A stretch of DNA of 64,000 bases from Botryllus schlosseri. Taxonomy: Eukaryota. Position numbers and translations under genes: made by a program. This document shows positions 50,201-64,000 of this stretch, piece by piece (positions within the stretch are counted from its first letter, which is position 1; every line of letters begins with the position of its first letter). The notes under the pieces were generated by a model. That model had not been told where the DNA came from, ran no database searches, and saw only the letters and a list, made by a program, of their open reading frames with translations. The stretch covers positions 5,830,001 to 5,894,000 of the forward strand of contig CM119371.1 in assembly GCA_051294905.1 (NCBI GenBank), given 5' to 3'.

Positions 50201-53099
50201 TCCTGGACCACATCTTCGCGACAGCTGGACTACAGAACGTCATGTTGGAAGTGATCAGCAGGAACACATCAGCCTCTGATAGAATGGTAATGTTATACAT
50301 AGTCACTGAATAAAAGACATTTTGTTATCGATGTGTATTGTGCTACACAATACCGATCTGTTTTTTCGTACCTTTGTTCTGTCGAATTCAATATTTTGGC
50401 AAATTTCTAGTCAGATTTGTTACTTAGCACTTGTTGCAATTTCCGAAATTATGTATGATAAATGTATTCTCTATTTAGTTTTCTAATTATTACATTCTGA
50501 ATGGTTGCTCTATGTGTAAATGTGTGGGTTAGATATATATATATATATATTTATATGCAACGAGCCATAGTTTGCACAAGATTCTCTTATGGAAGGCCTT
50601 AAGGCCACTTGTCGTCTCCTAGTTTACATTGTCAATTTGTTAGGTATCTTTTCTCCCTGCCTGCTTCTTGGTGTGACAACTAAAACATGTCTATCTGTAT
50701 CTTGGAACAATTAATCAATACAGATCAACATTTTACAATAACGTTATTTATTATACAAATCGTCTTATTTACAGAATTTGACGGTTTGTGTGCAAGACGC
50801 AATTACGTCAGCGACCATCACGGATTCTCCTGCTACAATTCTGGGATTGGATACTGTCTTTACTGTAGACTCCTTGGGTGGCACAGACCCGCAATACTCG
50901 ATTGACTTTGACGATGGCACCCCATCTGCTAGTGTCACATTACCAGGTTTGATGAGAACTTGTATGGATATCTCTTGTCTATATTTGCTCATTGGTTGAA
51001 TTTAACAAGTTAATTTTATTTTTAATCCAAAAATTTTTCAGTTTGGGGTTCATTCATAGTAAAAATCTGTAATCTCACGTGGTCAACGAATATTAAGAAC
51101 TTAGAAGCACTTGGCTATTATTATGGCCACAGCACCGTGGGAGCTTGCAAACTACTGGTTTCGTAAATTATTTCCAAATATGTCAATCCCTCGTAGTTTA
51201 GAATGTGCTACATTGCAGCTATATGATCTTCACTGCGGAAATATTTTTTGTCACAACGCACATTCCAGTTTTAATAAGAATTCATAAATGCATTGACTGC
51301 CAATCGTTATTTCAAATTTACTTGTGTGCTCAAGACTCGAGCTTTAATAGGTGACTCACGGTACTAAAATCTGTATAAAACTTATCGCTGATACTCTGTC
51401 GAATTGGTTTTAATTTGAATCTCAGTTAGCCTGTATGCTTCTACAGGGGCACACAAAATGTCTGTGAGTTCCTAAATGATACTGCAACGCATGCAGTCTT
51501 GAAAGCACAACTGAAGTTGTGATAATTCACCCGGATTTCAACTGCAGCTACACTGTTACCAGTTATTTCTTATCGAATTAGCACAGCCTACATAACTGTG
51601 CATGCGCAATGTACATATTTTTAATATATTTCATCTTCATGCAGAAGCGAATCACACGTACAGCGCAGTTGGAAATTATACAGTGGTATTTACTGCGAAA
51701 AATCTTGTCAGCGAGGTCAACGACACTGCATATCTCGTCGTGCAAGAAGAAGTGCTAGGTACCGCTTGTGATGCACTGCATCAATAAAATACAAAAATAT
51801 CATGAAATGTTTATTCAGGTGTGAACATCACAACTTGGTCTGAATATGAGCCTCTGATCGTAAAAGATGTGAATTTCACATACTCTGCGACAGCTACATC
51901 AGGAACGGAGCTCAGTTTTGTGTTGGACTTTGGTGATGGCACTGCGGCTGAAAATGGAAATGATGTATGTCTTTTTACCATATAACCAAAAGGCGCGTTT
52001 GCATCACACGAGATATCTAAAATTTGAGGGTGTTTGGTATGCTTGATATCAGTATGCAATTTAATTTTATGCTTTAAATATTACTGCAGAGGTTGTCAAA
52101 GTATTCTCCCATTTTTATGACAATTTCATTGAAAAGCAAGAGGTAAAAGAGGCATTAGTCTTAATATATTACCACTTAAGTACTGCACATAGGTAATGAA
52201 TTGAGTACCGGTACTACAAAGAATAGCAATTTTCAAGTCTACTTCTCCAAGCTTGGTTTGGCCAAAACAACATAAAACTATCAAGTACAAGTGGAAGTAT
52301 TCTAAAACCACACACAATAAAAAACGAATTAAGCACGTTTCAAAACGTAGCAGTACTTCGTTATTGTGTCATATTGTTCATGTCTAGATGTATTTACATT
52401 ATTATATTACACATTTTACCTCTATCTGTGCCCTAGCAAAGCAACACAACGCATAACATTTTTAATAGTCTTCTCTATCCCCAGACAGCTTTAAATCTCC
52501 ATCCATTTTTCAAATTGTTTCTTCAGGTCACACATGCCTATACGGCAGGAGGTGCTTATACCGTGTCTGTGACGGTATCGAATCTGGTCAGCAGTCGGTC
52601 GTTCTCCTTGAACGTGACCGTCCAGGAGGCGGTTTCTGGAGCAACCATATCTCATCCTGTCGTGGTCAAAGCTAATACGTCAGTGACGTTGACAGCAGCT
52701 GTCGATGCCGGTGGGCCGGATGAAAATGATTATTGGATGGTATGTGGATGGCAAATTTTTGTATGGATTTAGAGGCGGGGTTACCAACGTTTTTTACAAA
52801 GTAACCCCTTACGAAAATTGTGAAAAATCAATGACCCCCTACTTTTCAGATTGAGCCAGATCAAAGCGCTTATACTCTCGGGACATCGTCGCTTACGTAT
52901 GTCTTCACCCAAGTATACGATTCCACCGTCTCACTCAAAGTGGACAATCGGGTCAGAAAAATGCTCTGTGAGGCTAATTTTTGTTGTCGGTTTAAAATGA
53001 GGTTGAGTAAGACATTTTGGCGCTGCCTTTAGTACTTATAGATTAATGATAATTTACATTGTTATATTGCTACATGGAACGGTATATTTTTAGTGAAAT

Positions 53100-53424
53100 G
53101 AACCCGATTATTTTCGTCTGACACTCGTCAGGGGTAATCGTCTGCAACTAGTACAGAATTGAAATAAACATTATATGTCAACGGTTATATCAACAAACAT
53201 GAGGTCACAGGCATGAAAATTCGTGCAGATAGCTTTATATATAAAACTAATATGATACTTTTAGACACTCGACTCCTTCTGTTGGCACAAACCAAGTTGG
53301 CTGATATTAATAAAAGTGACGTCACATTTGGCGATACGACTATTGATATGCAATGTTCTTTCCAATTCTCTACTAGTTGCTGACGATTACCCCTGACGAG
53401 TGTCAGACGAAAATAATCGGGTTC
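53100..53424. mobile_element. MITE with ~85-bp TIRs
   Basis: GAACCCGATTATTTTCGTCTGACACTCGTCAGGGGTAATCGTC and its reverse complement. Half copies lie at ~47590-47660 and ~48870-48960. Confidence 0.85.
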
Positions 53425-53661
53425 TAAAGTATGTGACTTGAAAATTAGCTTTGTTCTGAAGGGGGGGGGGGGGGGGCATATACATTTATCCGTTTATTGC
53501 AACTTGCTGCAGCAAAATTGCACGATGTATTTTTGTGACTAACCACAACGGCCAATGACGAACAGGTGCAATTTTCAAAGATGCATTCAATTACTGTAAT
53601 ACAGGGGCTATTTCTCCCAGTCGTTATGATGATTTCAATGAGCAAAAGTGATTCAAACACA

Positions 53662-54470
53662 TAGGGCGGTTTTTTTTTACTAAAAAAAGGAAAATTTTGA
53701 CCTAAAAAATTTAAATTTTGACTGTTTTTGACCTAAACAAACTGAATTTTGACCAAATTTTGACTTAACGTATGCAAATTAGGTGCTTTCCCACATAATG
53801 TTAAAATTGTACCACTTATCTTCATATCTGGTTGGAACTGACTGTCCTAACGAAGTATTTTGGCATGAAATAACGTTTTTGGCTTAGAAACATGCAACAT
53901 TTACACGGAAAAACCAATATCATAAAATTTTGTAGTACAACGAGAGATACTTTCCTACATTATTGGGTAGAAAGTGCATGTCTTTACTAAGAAGCTTGCC
54001 AAGGACGTTCAACAATAGCAGTTGTTGGCTGACAACACTCAAGTTGTGCGTACACACTGCTGGTGGTGACACACCGTGTTGCTTCATTCTGACAATGTTG
54101 TCTACATCACAATTTTTCATCATGCGCTTCTTAACATAAAAATGATGCAATGCTCAAGAAGTCTTTCTTCAGTTAGGATATTGCGGTACGTTGACCATAA
54201 CACCAGGTTTACGTATTTGTTTTATTTGACCGTTTATGATTTACAATGAGCAGACAATTAGCCGTTTACAACGGTAGGCCTATAAAATAGGCTACAAGCT
54301 GTGAAATATCAAATGATAAATTCACCGACATTGCAAAATCTACGATATAAGCGAAATGCGGACGTCAAAAAAATTTTGACTTGATGAAAAATTTTGACAA
54401 ATTTTGACCTAACGCTACAATTTTGACAAAATTTTGACAAATTTTGACATGTCAAAAAAAAAACGCCTTA
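53662..54470 (-). mobile_element. hAT deletion derivative with TTTTGAC subterminal repeats
   Basis: TAGGGCGGTTTT / AAAACGCCTTA ends; internal region homologous to 5940-6375. No clear TSD. Confidence 0.75.
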
Positions 54471-57400
54471 CACATAACCAATCAAGTAAGTGATGCAAAC
54501 TTTTTTCCAAACTACTATATTATTGACAAATTATAAAAATCAGAAAGGTATGTAGTTCTGCCTACAAAATTGTTTAGCAGTCTTAAACAGAACCACTCAA
54601 GTGTAGAGAAATCCTACCCTTGATTACTCACCAGCTCTGGCGTTCATTGTCATAATTTTCGTTTATTTCACCAGATTCCGCGTCTATCTATCACTCCTTC
54701 CAACAAGTGGGCACATATGTCGTCAGCGTCAACATCACAAACCGAGTTAGCGTGAAAGGGAACGAGATCGAAGTGATATGTCTAGATCGTGTCGGAACAA
54801 TCACTTTTGAAGTTATTGATGGTTATCAAGGGGCTGCAGCCAATGGAAAAGAAGTTATCATCTCGGTATGTACATTTGAGTGAGTCTCATCACCATCAGG
54901 AGACGATACTATGATAACTATAGTATAATAAATATAATTAATACAGTCTGTATTTTTATGAACTGTTCAGTAGGGCTCTTCAAAAATGACCTTTTTTCTC
55001 AAATCGTACTGGCCACTTGATAAAATTGTTAGGATACCTAATTTAAGCCTGCACACAAAATTTTGTTCAATTCTAGCTAGTAACCGCTTTGCTACAGGAG
55101 AAGAAAGTTTCTATTTATTATGTAAAAATGAATAATCAAAAATTTGAAAATTTCCTGTTTACCCCATGAAAGTGTTAGGCTGTCTATAGAAACGATGCTC
55201 ATCATATTTGGTTCAAGTCTAACAAATGGAAGCCGAGTTATTGCCGTTGAAAAATTTGGATGTGAATAAAATAGTATTTACGGTGAGCACAACTACAATA
55301 AATAAACAAAGAATCGGTCACCGTAGCAGTACAAGATGAAGTTTCAGGTATTTCGGGAAATTTTGTGAGCTGACTTTTAGCAGTAGTCTGGACGTAGTGG
55401 AATTGGTCATATGGGGACAGGCATGCTTTCTGCTAAATAATTTTAGGATTTTCAAAATTAACTTGGAATTAAATTTATAGCTACACAGTTTTTCCAAAAT
55501 AGATTAGAATTATGAACTCGTAAAAACTTGGAAAAAAGCTTCAGCTGACGGCAAGTAGTAGTAGAAACTGGTTTTCCAGTCGTCGATGCGGAAAATTACC
55601 GAATATTTTTTAGTCAGCCCACTCACAATCGCCATATCAATTGAAATGTTCCAAATTTGTCTACAATTGTAACTTGTAAAAAAGTGTCCTCTTTTTATAA
55701 TATCAACATATGATAACCCTATTCCAGATTACCATTGAATGTTGTACTCATATAGAAATAAATCCGGATGTTTTCGGAATATCTTCAATTTATTGGATAA
55801 TGCTATTAGTGCAAAAAATTATGGAGCTGTCATCATATATCTCGGCCGGTCATTCTTTCATTCACGTGCCTCGGAGTCGACTTTCATCAGAAAACACCAA
55901 TGTAGTATGTGCCAACAAGGCAGAAGTAGAAGTAGCGTTGTAAACTCCTACTCAACTACAAGTAGAAGTAGAGATTTTTGACTAATTAAAAAAAATGAGT
56001 ATTATTGGCCTCAAAAATAACACTGTGAAGCATGAGTGTAACTAGTCTGAAATCGTAAGCGCTTGTATCATTAGGGTGGAGTGAATGATAAAACAAATAG
56101 AATTTCAAAACGTAGTCTTGATACGCGGTGCCCGAATATCAAATGAATTATTTCCATCATAATTTCGGGTTCGTGCCGCTAGTGTCCGTGCAATCTCACG
56201 GAACGGGCCTAAAATAGCTAGTTTTGCCATACGGTACCTTGACAAACGCTTATGCTAGAAAGCTAGTTTCGGGCTTAAAAGATGCAGAAGCAAATTGTTC
56301 CTATCTCGCTTCCACAGAACTTTGTGTTGAAAATGAACGGAAAAAAAGTTACGAGCACATCACTGATCTCTGCGTGCTGATTTTCTCAGGTGGTGGTCGT
56401 CGATCGCATCATCCCGACTACAACAGTTGTGTGTTTCTCTTGTCGCGCTATGGCTTTGTATCAAATCAGTGCTTCGTTTCACGTGGGCTTGGTGGGCTCT
56501 TACGACTCGTGCTTGAGTACAGATGTGGTAGGAGCTTCTTCTTATCTGCATAGCGCATTTCGCCCAGTTGTATTTCTGTTATTATGTTATTGATTCTTCA
56601 ATCCTTTTCCAATGGCTTCCGCTGTAGTCAGATGAGGTCAGTAACAAAGTACTTGAAAATTATATTTGTACTTGTAAAAAAATTAGTAATTATGGCAATT
56701 ATTAATGATGGCTAATTTGATCACCTCTGCCTGTGGTCCTATGCACTATCTGGTGGATTTGACTTGATAACTTCCCAATCTCAAAGTCAAGCCCGTTTGA
56801 CTCAACCAAGGTTTTGACTCAACCCTGATTTACAGTGACTTCCCATGTAGTCCTGCGGACTGATTGGTCAATTTGACCCATCCCATGTGACGCAGATAAC
56901 AAACATTGTTGTCGTCCCAGCATACTTTCTGAAAAATCACAATCTTCTTATATATATTAATCTCATAATTTATTTGCCCAAGTGTAATTCTAGACTATCG
57001 CCATGCGCTATCAATTATTCTCGGGCAATTTTTATATTGTTGATATTTCTGAGCAATATCACCAATCATGGTGTAACTTGATTAACTTAAAATCACTTAC
57101 GCACACTAAATTTCTTGTGCAGGTATCGTATCAGTGGGAAATTCAGAAAATAGAAGCTGACGGCTCACTTGCGAATTTCCCGATCGATCTCGTCACTACA
57201 ACAACCGGCGACCAATCGCGATACCTCGTCGTGAAAGAAGGCTCTTTGGAAAACTCCCACGCATACCAATTCAAACTAAGAGTAAATATCACCATTTCAT
57301 CAAATTTTATGCAAAATACTTTATGAGAAATCTAACAGATCAACGTCAACGGAATGGAAGGGTACTCCAAACTTGAATTGCCACCCAATATGCCTCCTTT

Positions 57401-59329
57401 GAATGGAACGTGTCAAATGACTTACAATAACGGTCAGGGAGGTGTCGTGTATGTCCTGGAAACGCTAGTATCGTGAGTATTGCTTAGCAAATGATACTCA
57501 GTGGAACGATACCTTTAGTTCCCTTTGTGTTCTCACAGATTTTCGTGTGATAATTGGCAAGACGATGCAGCAGACACGGCTTCTCCTCTCGTATACACGA
57601 TTATCGCGTATAGAAATACAAATGCAGATACGGAGGATTTGAACAACGCTTTCATTTTATATCGCGGGACCAAAGAATACTCTGAGGTACAAAATTTGGA
57701 AGCTTTTGCAGAATTTGTTTAAAGATTTGTATTTATAACATAATATTTATATTTATATTCGAGTTCAATACATGGTTTACTACAATGAATGTTGTATTGA
57801 AAGCTGTCTTCAAGTTCTGTACCACGAACCAGCTATTTATATACTACTATTACTAATACTATATACTCACAATTCACTATTATATCTTCGATGTCCACAA
57901 AATAGAATCAATTTCTCCTAATAGTTGCTGTAGACTCCACAATCTCCAGGTCTCTGTGGTCATCACATAATCACTGTAATTATATAATATTTCTATATAT
58001 CTACTAATATTCTTCATATACAAGTATTCTTTCATGAACTGGATTCCGTGTACTGCATCTTTTGGTATCGTGTAAAATTTGAATTGCTTACAATGATAAA
58101 TGAATTTGTTCTATCTCTATCACATTCACATACACAATATTGTGATCACTATTGCATAGTTTTACACGGATGATTTCATTGTCATTGCAAACTGATCGCA
58201 ACGATCAGTTTGTGTTACACGTATTTATCAATTTCGTTTTGGCGATATCGAAATTCCACCAGGGGTGGTCAAAGTCGTATAAAGAAAATCTATGGCTCTT
58301 CGTAATTCACATTTTGCTATAGTATTAATAACCAGATATGATCAAAGTAGCCAGTGTTGTTACTCAAGTAGAAGTAGAAGTAACAGCAGAAATTTAGAGT
58401 CAATTGGTGTCTCGACTTGACCCATTTTTTCAAATGCGTAAAATGACTCGACTCGAGTCAATTTATGTATTGACTCGACTTGTAGTCAAGTCATTGTGCA
58501 TGACTCAAACCAAGTCTTCCGTCTCGAAACTAGGACGGCCAAGACAGACGTTTCATTGTAACTTCGAAGAATAGTAACGTCGCCTCATGATTGGTATTTC
58601 GTCCATCAATCCTGATATTTGGAAAATAGGACCAGAAACTGTTCGGACTGAGGAAAATTACTATATTATGAATGTGAGTCATTCTATATCACTGGAACAG
58701 AGTTGAAAAAGTGGGTTGAACTCAAACTGAATTATGAATATAATGACTTGGAATCGGGCTCGAGTCACAACACCATGTCTCGTACTTGACCCTCTACTCA
58801 CTGACCTGAACTCGGACTTGACTCGGTGGTGAATTGAAAATGTCTCAAGTCAAAACTATAAAAGTGAGATTGACTTGTGACTTGGTCACAACCTTGTTAC
58901 TGACCATATCTGAATTTTACCATCAAAATAGCAGAAAGTTGTATGCATTATGCAAGGACTTAACAAGCTTATCTCTTGTTATAGGAATCAACGGTCGGCG
59001 CCGGGGTCTCCACGACCACATACACGGAGTCTGTGTTAGTTCGCGAGATGGTGACTCAGACGGTATCCGAAATCAGCACTACAACATTGAAAGAAGTTGA
59101 GCAAGTGGCTTCAGTGTTAGAACGATGTGTCGTAAGTATCACGAAACGGTCTAAAAACTCAAGCATTATGCTGGGATTCATATCGTGCATATTTTTGGGA
59201 TTTCAGATCGCTATCAATTTAAATTAGTTCCACTTTGATTTCTTTGCAAGAAAATACTACTTGTTGCCTGATATTTTCAACACGCAATAAAATGGAAATA
59301 GTGAGCGACAATGGAGCATGTGACTTTAT

Positions 59330-59550
59330 AACCCCAAAACTACCCATATCCTTAAATTAACCCTCAACCTTTACCTAATCTTATGATTAACCCAACTGTT
59401 ACATTAACTTTAAATCCAACCTTGTACTAAATCTAACTCTAAACCTAACCCCCGAATTGACTCCCATTTGTCACCTAACCTAATCCCAAATCCAACCCAA
59501 CTTTACCCTAAATTTGGCCCTAACCCCACCTAATCTTAATCCTACCGTGA
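59330..59550. repeat. Degenerate CCCTAA-like low-complexity tract, probably internal to a MITE
   Basis: Irregular AACCCT, CCTAAC and CTAATC units. Confidence 0.6.
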
Positions 59551-60250
59551 ATGTTTTTTTTTTGTTCAAATTAAGCAAAATTCTTTGCATCGTTTTTTGA
59601 TGGAGTTCCAATTTCATAGGGTGGCCAATAAAAGTTCCAATAAAGTTTGTTGGAATCAAGCCAAATTTGATATGCATCGTTTTTAGGCAACCTAATGATT
59701 TTATCAACTAGCCAGCAAAATGTGAAAAAAAAAAACTTTAATGGTCATGTCCATTCTCCAGCTACCAATAACACCATCGATCCAGCATTTTTATCTGATC
59801 AAACCTTATTTCTTCCACAGAAATTTCCATCTGAGATGCAAAACCCGACCACGCACGAATACGTTCAGTCCAGCGTCAACCAAATGATAGCGCGGCTATC
59901 TGAGTTTGTCAACAGAGAAGGCCACGCCTCCTTTCAGAGAGCCACCAACGATGTCCTGGACATTATCGGCGGATTAATGCGTGTCGTTAACTGTGCAGTG
60001 TATGACACTACCACAGAAACGGAGATCGTATCGATATTTCCAAACGGTACATACTAATTCTGTAGATAGCCTAAGTCACTAGCATACATATTTTTAAAGG
60101 TATATGCACGAAGAAGCAATGTGTTAAAAATGAAAGCCTATTCAGCCAAAGTATTGACGTTTTCAGACTGAGCTCCCCTGATATACCCTGAATCGATCGA
60201 TAACATATCATGTCCGTTGGGAATTTTTTTGTTGACCTGTAGATATATAA

Positions 60251-60515
60251 CATATCGTCACAGTGGAATCAAAGTATCTTATGTCCAGTTTACAAATTTT
60301 GAAGCTCACTTTTATAAACTTGAAAAAAATCGACTTTTTGAACATTTTTGTACTTCTTTCGGTCATATCTTAGCCATTGTTATTTCTGTCTCAGTTTATC
60401 AAAGTTAATCGGGGCAAATATATTGCTGAAATAAGATGAAAACTTCACTCAAAGTTAATTTTCCCAAAATGTGTAAAATGGACATAAGATACTTTGATTC
60501 CACTGCATCGATATG
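60251..60515. mobile_element. MITE with ~40-bp TIRs
   Basis: CATATCGTCACAGTGGAATCAAAGTATCTTATGTCCA / TGGACATAAGATACTTTGATTCCACTGCATCGATATG. Confidence 0.8.
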
Positions 60516-63500
60516 CACATATTCCGGCTATTTCGTTTCATTTCCGTGACAATGCATTACAGCTACTGTCAATTTCGATGAGACTTACCGCAAAGGAGTC
60601 ATGACAAATCTAATAAACAACGTCTATTCCCTAATCACCACCATTCTTCAAAGCAAAGTGGTAGATGAGGAGGCCGTGTCTTTTCTATCTCCCGTGATCA
60701 GCATATCGACTAAAAAGACCACTCCGCTAACCGTGCTCAAGTACGTAAATTGGCCACTGATCATACTGAGATTGAATGTAGGTTTTGTAATCTCTTCCCT
60801 TGGACATTGCTTTGATGAGTCTTGACTACTTTCGCAGTGGCATTGACTGACTCATTTATATACAATGGAAATAGGATACAGAATGGTTGTTGTATTTGCT
60901 GAAGCCGTCAATAACCAAGTACTTCTACTTTGAAGTACTCAGCATGGTTGCAAACAGTAACCAGATTCCGAGTCAATCCCAAGTCAAGTTGGACTGGAGT
61001 CAAGTCTAGTCATTTTTAATTCACCACCAAGTCAACTCTGAGTCCAAGTCAGGAACCAACGCTTCGAGTTCGAGTCATAGTGTTAAGACACGAGTCTGAG
61101 CCCAAGTCATAGTGTTTACTGTTCAGTATCGAGTTCAAGACAGTTTCAACACCTTCCGAGCAACTTTTGGATAATATCCGACCTCGGATTTATTAATATA
61201 CTCATTTTTCTCACTCTAAACATATTTTTCAAACAGATAAAAGACAGTTTCTGGTCATATTTCATATTTATCGATCCTGATATTCGAGACTTGAATAAGA
61301 CTCATAGAATTTGTCGTTTAATATAATTTGGTCTGAGTCATGAATAATGACTCGAGAACAAGTTGAGTCAATACACAATTTCACTTGAGTCGCGTCATTT
61401 TCCGTTTTATGAAAATGACTCAAGTCAAGTCGAGTCAACTCAAAATTGCGACTCGAGTCCGAATCAAGTCGAGTCATGACTCGAGTCATTACAGCCCTGG
61501 TACTCGGTAGGTTTTTCCTGCTTGCACCATTATGTCCACTTCCGCATGACAGGCAAAATTAGTTACTTTTTACAACTTTGACGAGTTTTGAAATCGCTAT
61601 TTCTACGTGAAATTTTGTAGCAGTTTAAAGCGTTTCTTCTACTTATGCTGAGTGGCAACGCAATTTTTTATCCTGGAATTTTTGTTAAAAAATCTGTAAG
61701 TTCCAATTGCGAGTCCCGATACTGACAAAAGTATGCTTTGCAAATCAGTGTATATGATGTTGATGATTTAACGAAACAGAATCGTACATTCTATCAACAG
61801 GCAGCAAGTCTCCGGCGGTGTATCATGGCAGCTTCCAGATCACATATTGGACAACTTGGATCCCAATATGGAATTGCAAATTGTTTCGATCGTGCAAGAA
61901 CAGGTGAGTTATGTTGTTGAGCTCATCAGAGGTAATTGTGAACAACTGGATGGAATTCTAATGTACTTTTCTTTGTAGAATCCTTACACTTTCGGATATC
62001 CAGCGCATCAATTAGCGGCAAACGGCTTTGCTAATATTACCTCGCGTGTTCCGACTATCGAGTGTTACGACGGAAACGGGACGGCTATTCCGATATCAGG
62101 CCTGGCGTCTTCTACGGTAAGATATCTATGTCTTGTTTTAGGATTTTTCCCTCTTGCAATACTTGCTCAAGGGTGTTTCTGTTTTGAGTACCTCCACTTT
62201 TACGCATCAGTTTTTAGATTTTAGAGGCTGCAAAGTCAAAAGTAGTTTCGGGATCAATTTTCATCACTTTTTAAAGTGAAATCGTCATGAAAATTGCTTG
62301 AAACAGTCCCTGTATCACGATAGATGAATGTATTTTCTAAAATTGCATATATTTGTCGTGGTATTAGTCAAATTAGTCGTGCAATATTAAAAGTAGCCGC
62401 CTCAGACCTTCTACTAAATGTATGTGGCACATTGCCTCAATTCACTTTATGAATCTACTTACTTGTGTTTGTGTGTGGCAAATTTACTATGGCGTAACTT
62501 CTACTCGACTGCCCATGAAGATTACTTTGGCTACAACGTCTGGTTTCGACGTATGTACATTTTGTGTGTAAATTCGGTATTGATTCTGTCACAGGATGGG
62601 GACGAACGTCGCGTTAAACTGGCGATGACAGAGAGTTCTTGGGAATATCTCAACGCAGAGGATACGGTGAATACCTTGGAATCGTCTGGATCGTTGTACA
62701 GACCGAGGGTATTCTGGCGATTATAATTTTCAATGATCATATTAATGGTTATCTTGTGTCCCAAAATGAATTTGAATACCCATGAGTATTGGGAAAAGTT
62801 TGATATTACTATCTGCGATTTGCCTTCAACTCAGGAAAAGTTCTTTACACAGAATGACGCTGTCAGAAAAGAGTTCCATTTTTGAAATATTCCTACAGTT
62901 TTCTTAGTTGAACAAATATGGTACTTTCCTCAATAAAATTTGCCTTCAAATCATGAGAAGTTATTTGGTTGCTGGAACGAATTTACGCAGAAGACCACCG
63001 TCAGAAATAAGGTTACGTTTTTGAGACTTGTCACTTGAATTTTTACTAGTTCAACAAAATCTGTTACCTTTCTTACTGCTATTAGTCAAATCAAAGTCAA
63101 ATCCAGAAAGATTCTGCGATTTTTGAAAGGAATTTACACTTGGAAATATCCCTTAAGCATGTGCAGTTGCGTAATGTCAACAGCACAAATCTATCGTGTT
63201 TTGAAAGTGTTTATCAAGTGTACCATATTCCTGGATTTCTACATTGTAAATAAAGTTTTACCCCATTTACGTTTCAGACTGGCTTGACGTTTGATACGGT
63301 CAGCACCCCTCTGCAACCTTTACAAACGTGCGGAATTACAGTGACAAACAACAATCGCGACAACAACACCGCGGAGTCCTTATCATGATCACTTACACCA
63401 AAAAGTACAATATTAACCATCAAGAGAGCAACCCCGCCATGGGTATGATGATATCGTGTTCATGACTTGTACGTATTTGAGACTGATTCACCGCTGTAAC

Positions 63501-63809
63501 GATGCAGAAGTGTATTTGGATTATTCTCCCAATCCGAATGCGGCTAATTTTACTTCGAAACTACGAATAACCGATGCGGAAATGGCAGACGGTGTTGATC
63601 ATCAGCGCTACACGTTTTTCTTGGATCCCAGGTTTTACTTTACATGATTATATTTAGAGTTGAACACACTTACCCGAGTACTCAAATATGACTCGAGCTT
63701 TAATTCTAATGATTCGAGTCAAGAATTAAGAGATGACTCTTTCGAGTACCAAAATTATGTGCTCCTTGCCACTTAGAGTTGACTTATCAACTAAAATTAT
63801 ACTTTAGAT

Positions 63810-64000
63810 CAGGGGTCGCCAACTCAAAACGAGTCAGGGGCCACTTTTCAAATTTCGTAGAGGCCGCGGGCCGCATGAATTCGATATCGATGTAAAATAG
63901 GAAACCACGTTCTAAAAGTCTACTTCAGTACAACGGTGAGCTACCTAACATATGCAATGGCCATATTTGACCACAAAAGAAATAATATTTCATTAAGGAA
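63810..64000 (+). mobile_element. hAT MITE left end, cut by the window edge
   Basis: CAGGGGTCGCCAACTC...GGCCGCGGGCCGC. An inverted relative lies at ~39890-40108. Confidence 0.75.

Larger units (their letters stand above)
48004..63631 (+). pseudogene. PKD1: Polycystin-1 (PKD1)-like gene: PKD repeats, partial REJ, GAIN region; partial and probably disabled
   Basis: About 20 GT-AG exons. PKD-repeat motifs YDWGDG, FDFDDG, WTFEDG, IDFDDG, LDFGDG and HAYTAGGAYTVSVTVSN. REJ motifs NMPPLNGTC and FSCDNWQD. NPYTFGY...GTAIPISGLAS and DGVDHQRYTFFLDP closely resemble recalled PKD1 sequence. A frameshift lies near 63372. Confidence 0.85.

Overview
AT-rich eukaryotic DNA, most likely from an invertebrate animal. 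It has short GT-AG introns, tRNA-derived SINEs, many DNA transposons and a polycystin-1 homologue; no prokaryotic operons, rRNA or CRISPR arrays are visible. Most of the ORF track is noise. The recognisable genes are spliced or fragmentary, and nearly all carry frameshifts, stops or insertions. They are a C2H2/SAMD3-like gene in a tandem duplication (1.1-5.4 kb), a BTB-Kelch pseudogene (7.1-9.8 kb), a long minus-strand coiled-coil gene (45.3 to 19.3 kb), a nested PRPF39 3' fragment (25.2-26.5 kb) and a PKD1-like gene (48.0-63.6 kb). The most striking feature is a concentration of palindromic (fold-back) transposon derivatives from several unrelated families, several with intact target-site duplications (TSDs). 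These include a 7.3-kb nested double palindrome (36.4-43.7 kb) and a perfect 219-bp hairpin whose template-switch origin can be read from a sister copy. A hAT element in the Kelch pseudogene resembles, from recollection, a family known mainly from oomycetes and mosses, making it a horizontal-transfer candidate. All calls come from manual reading; no searches were run.
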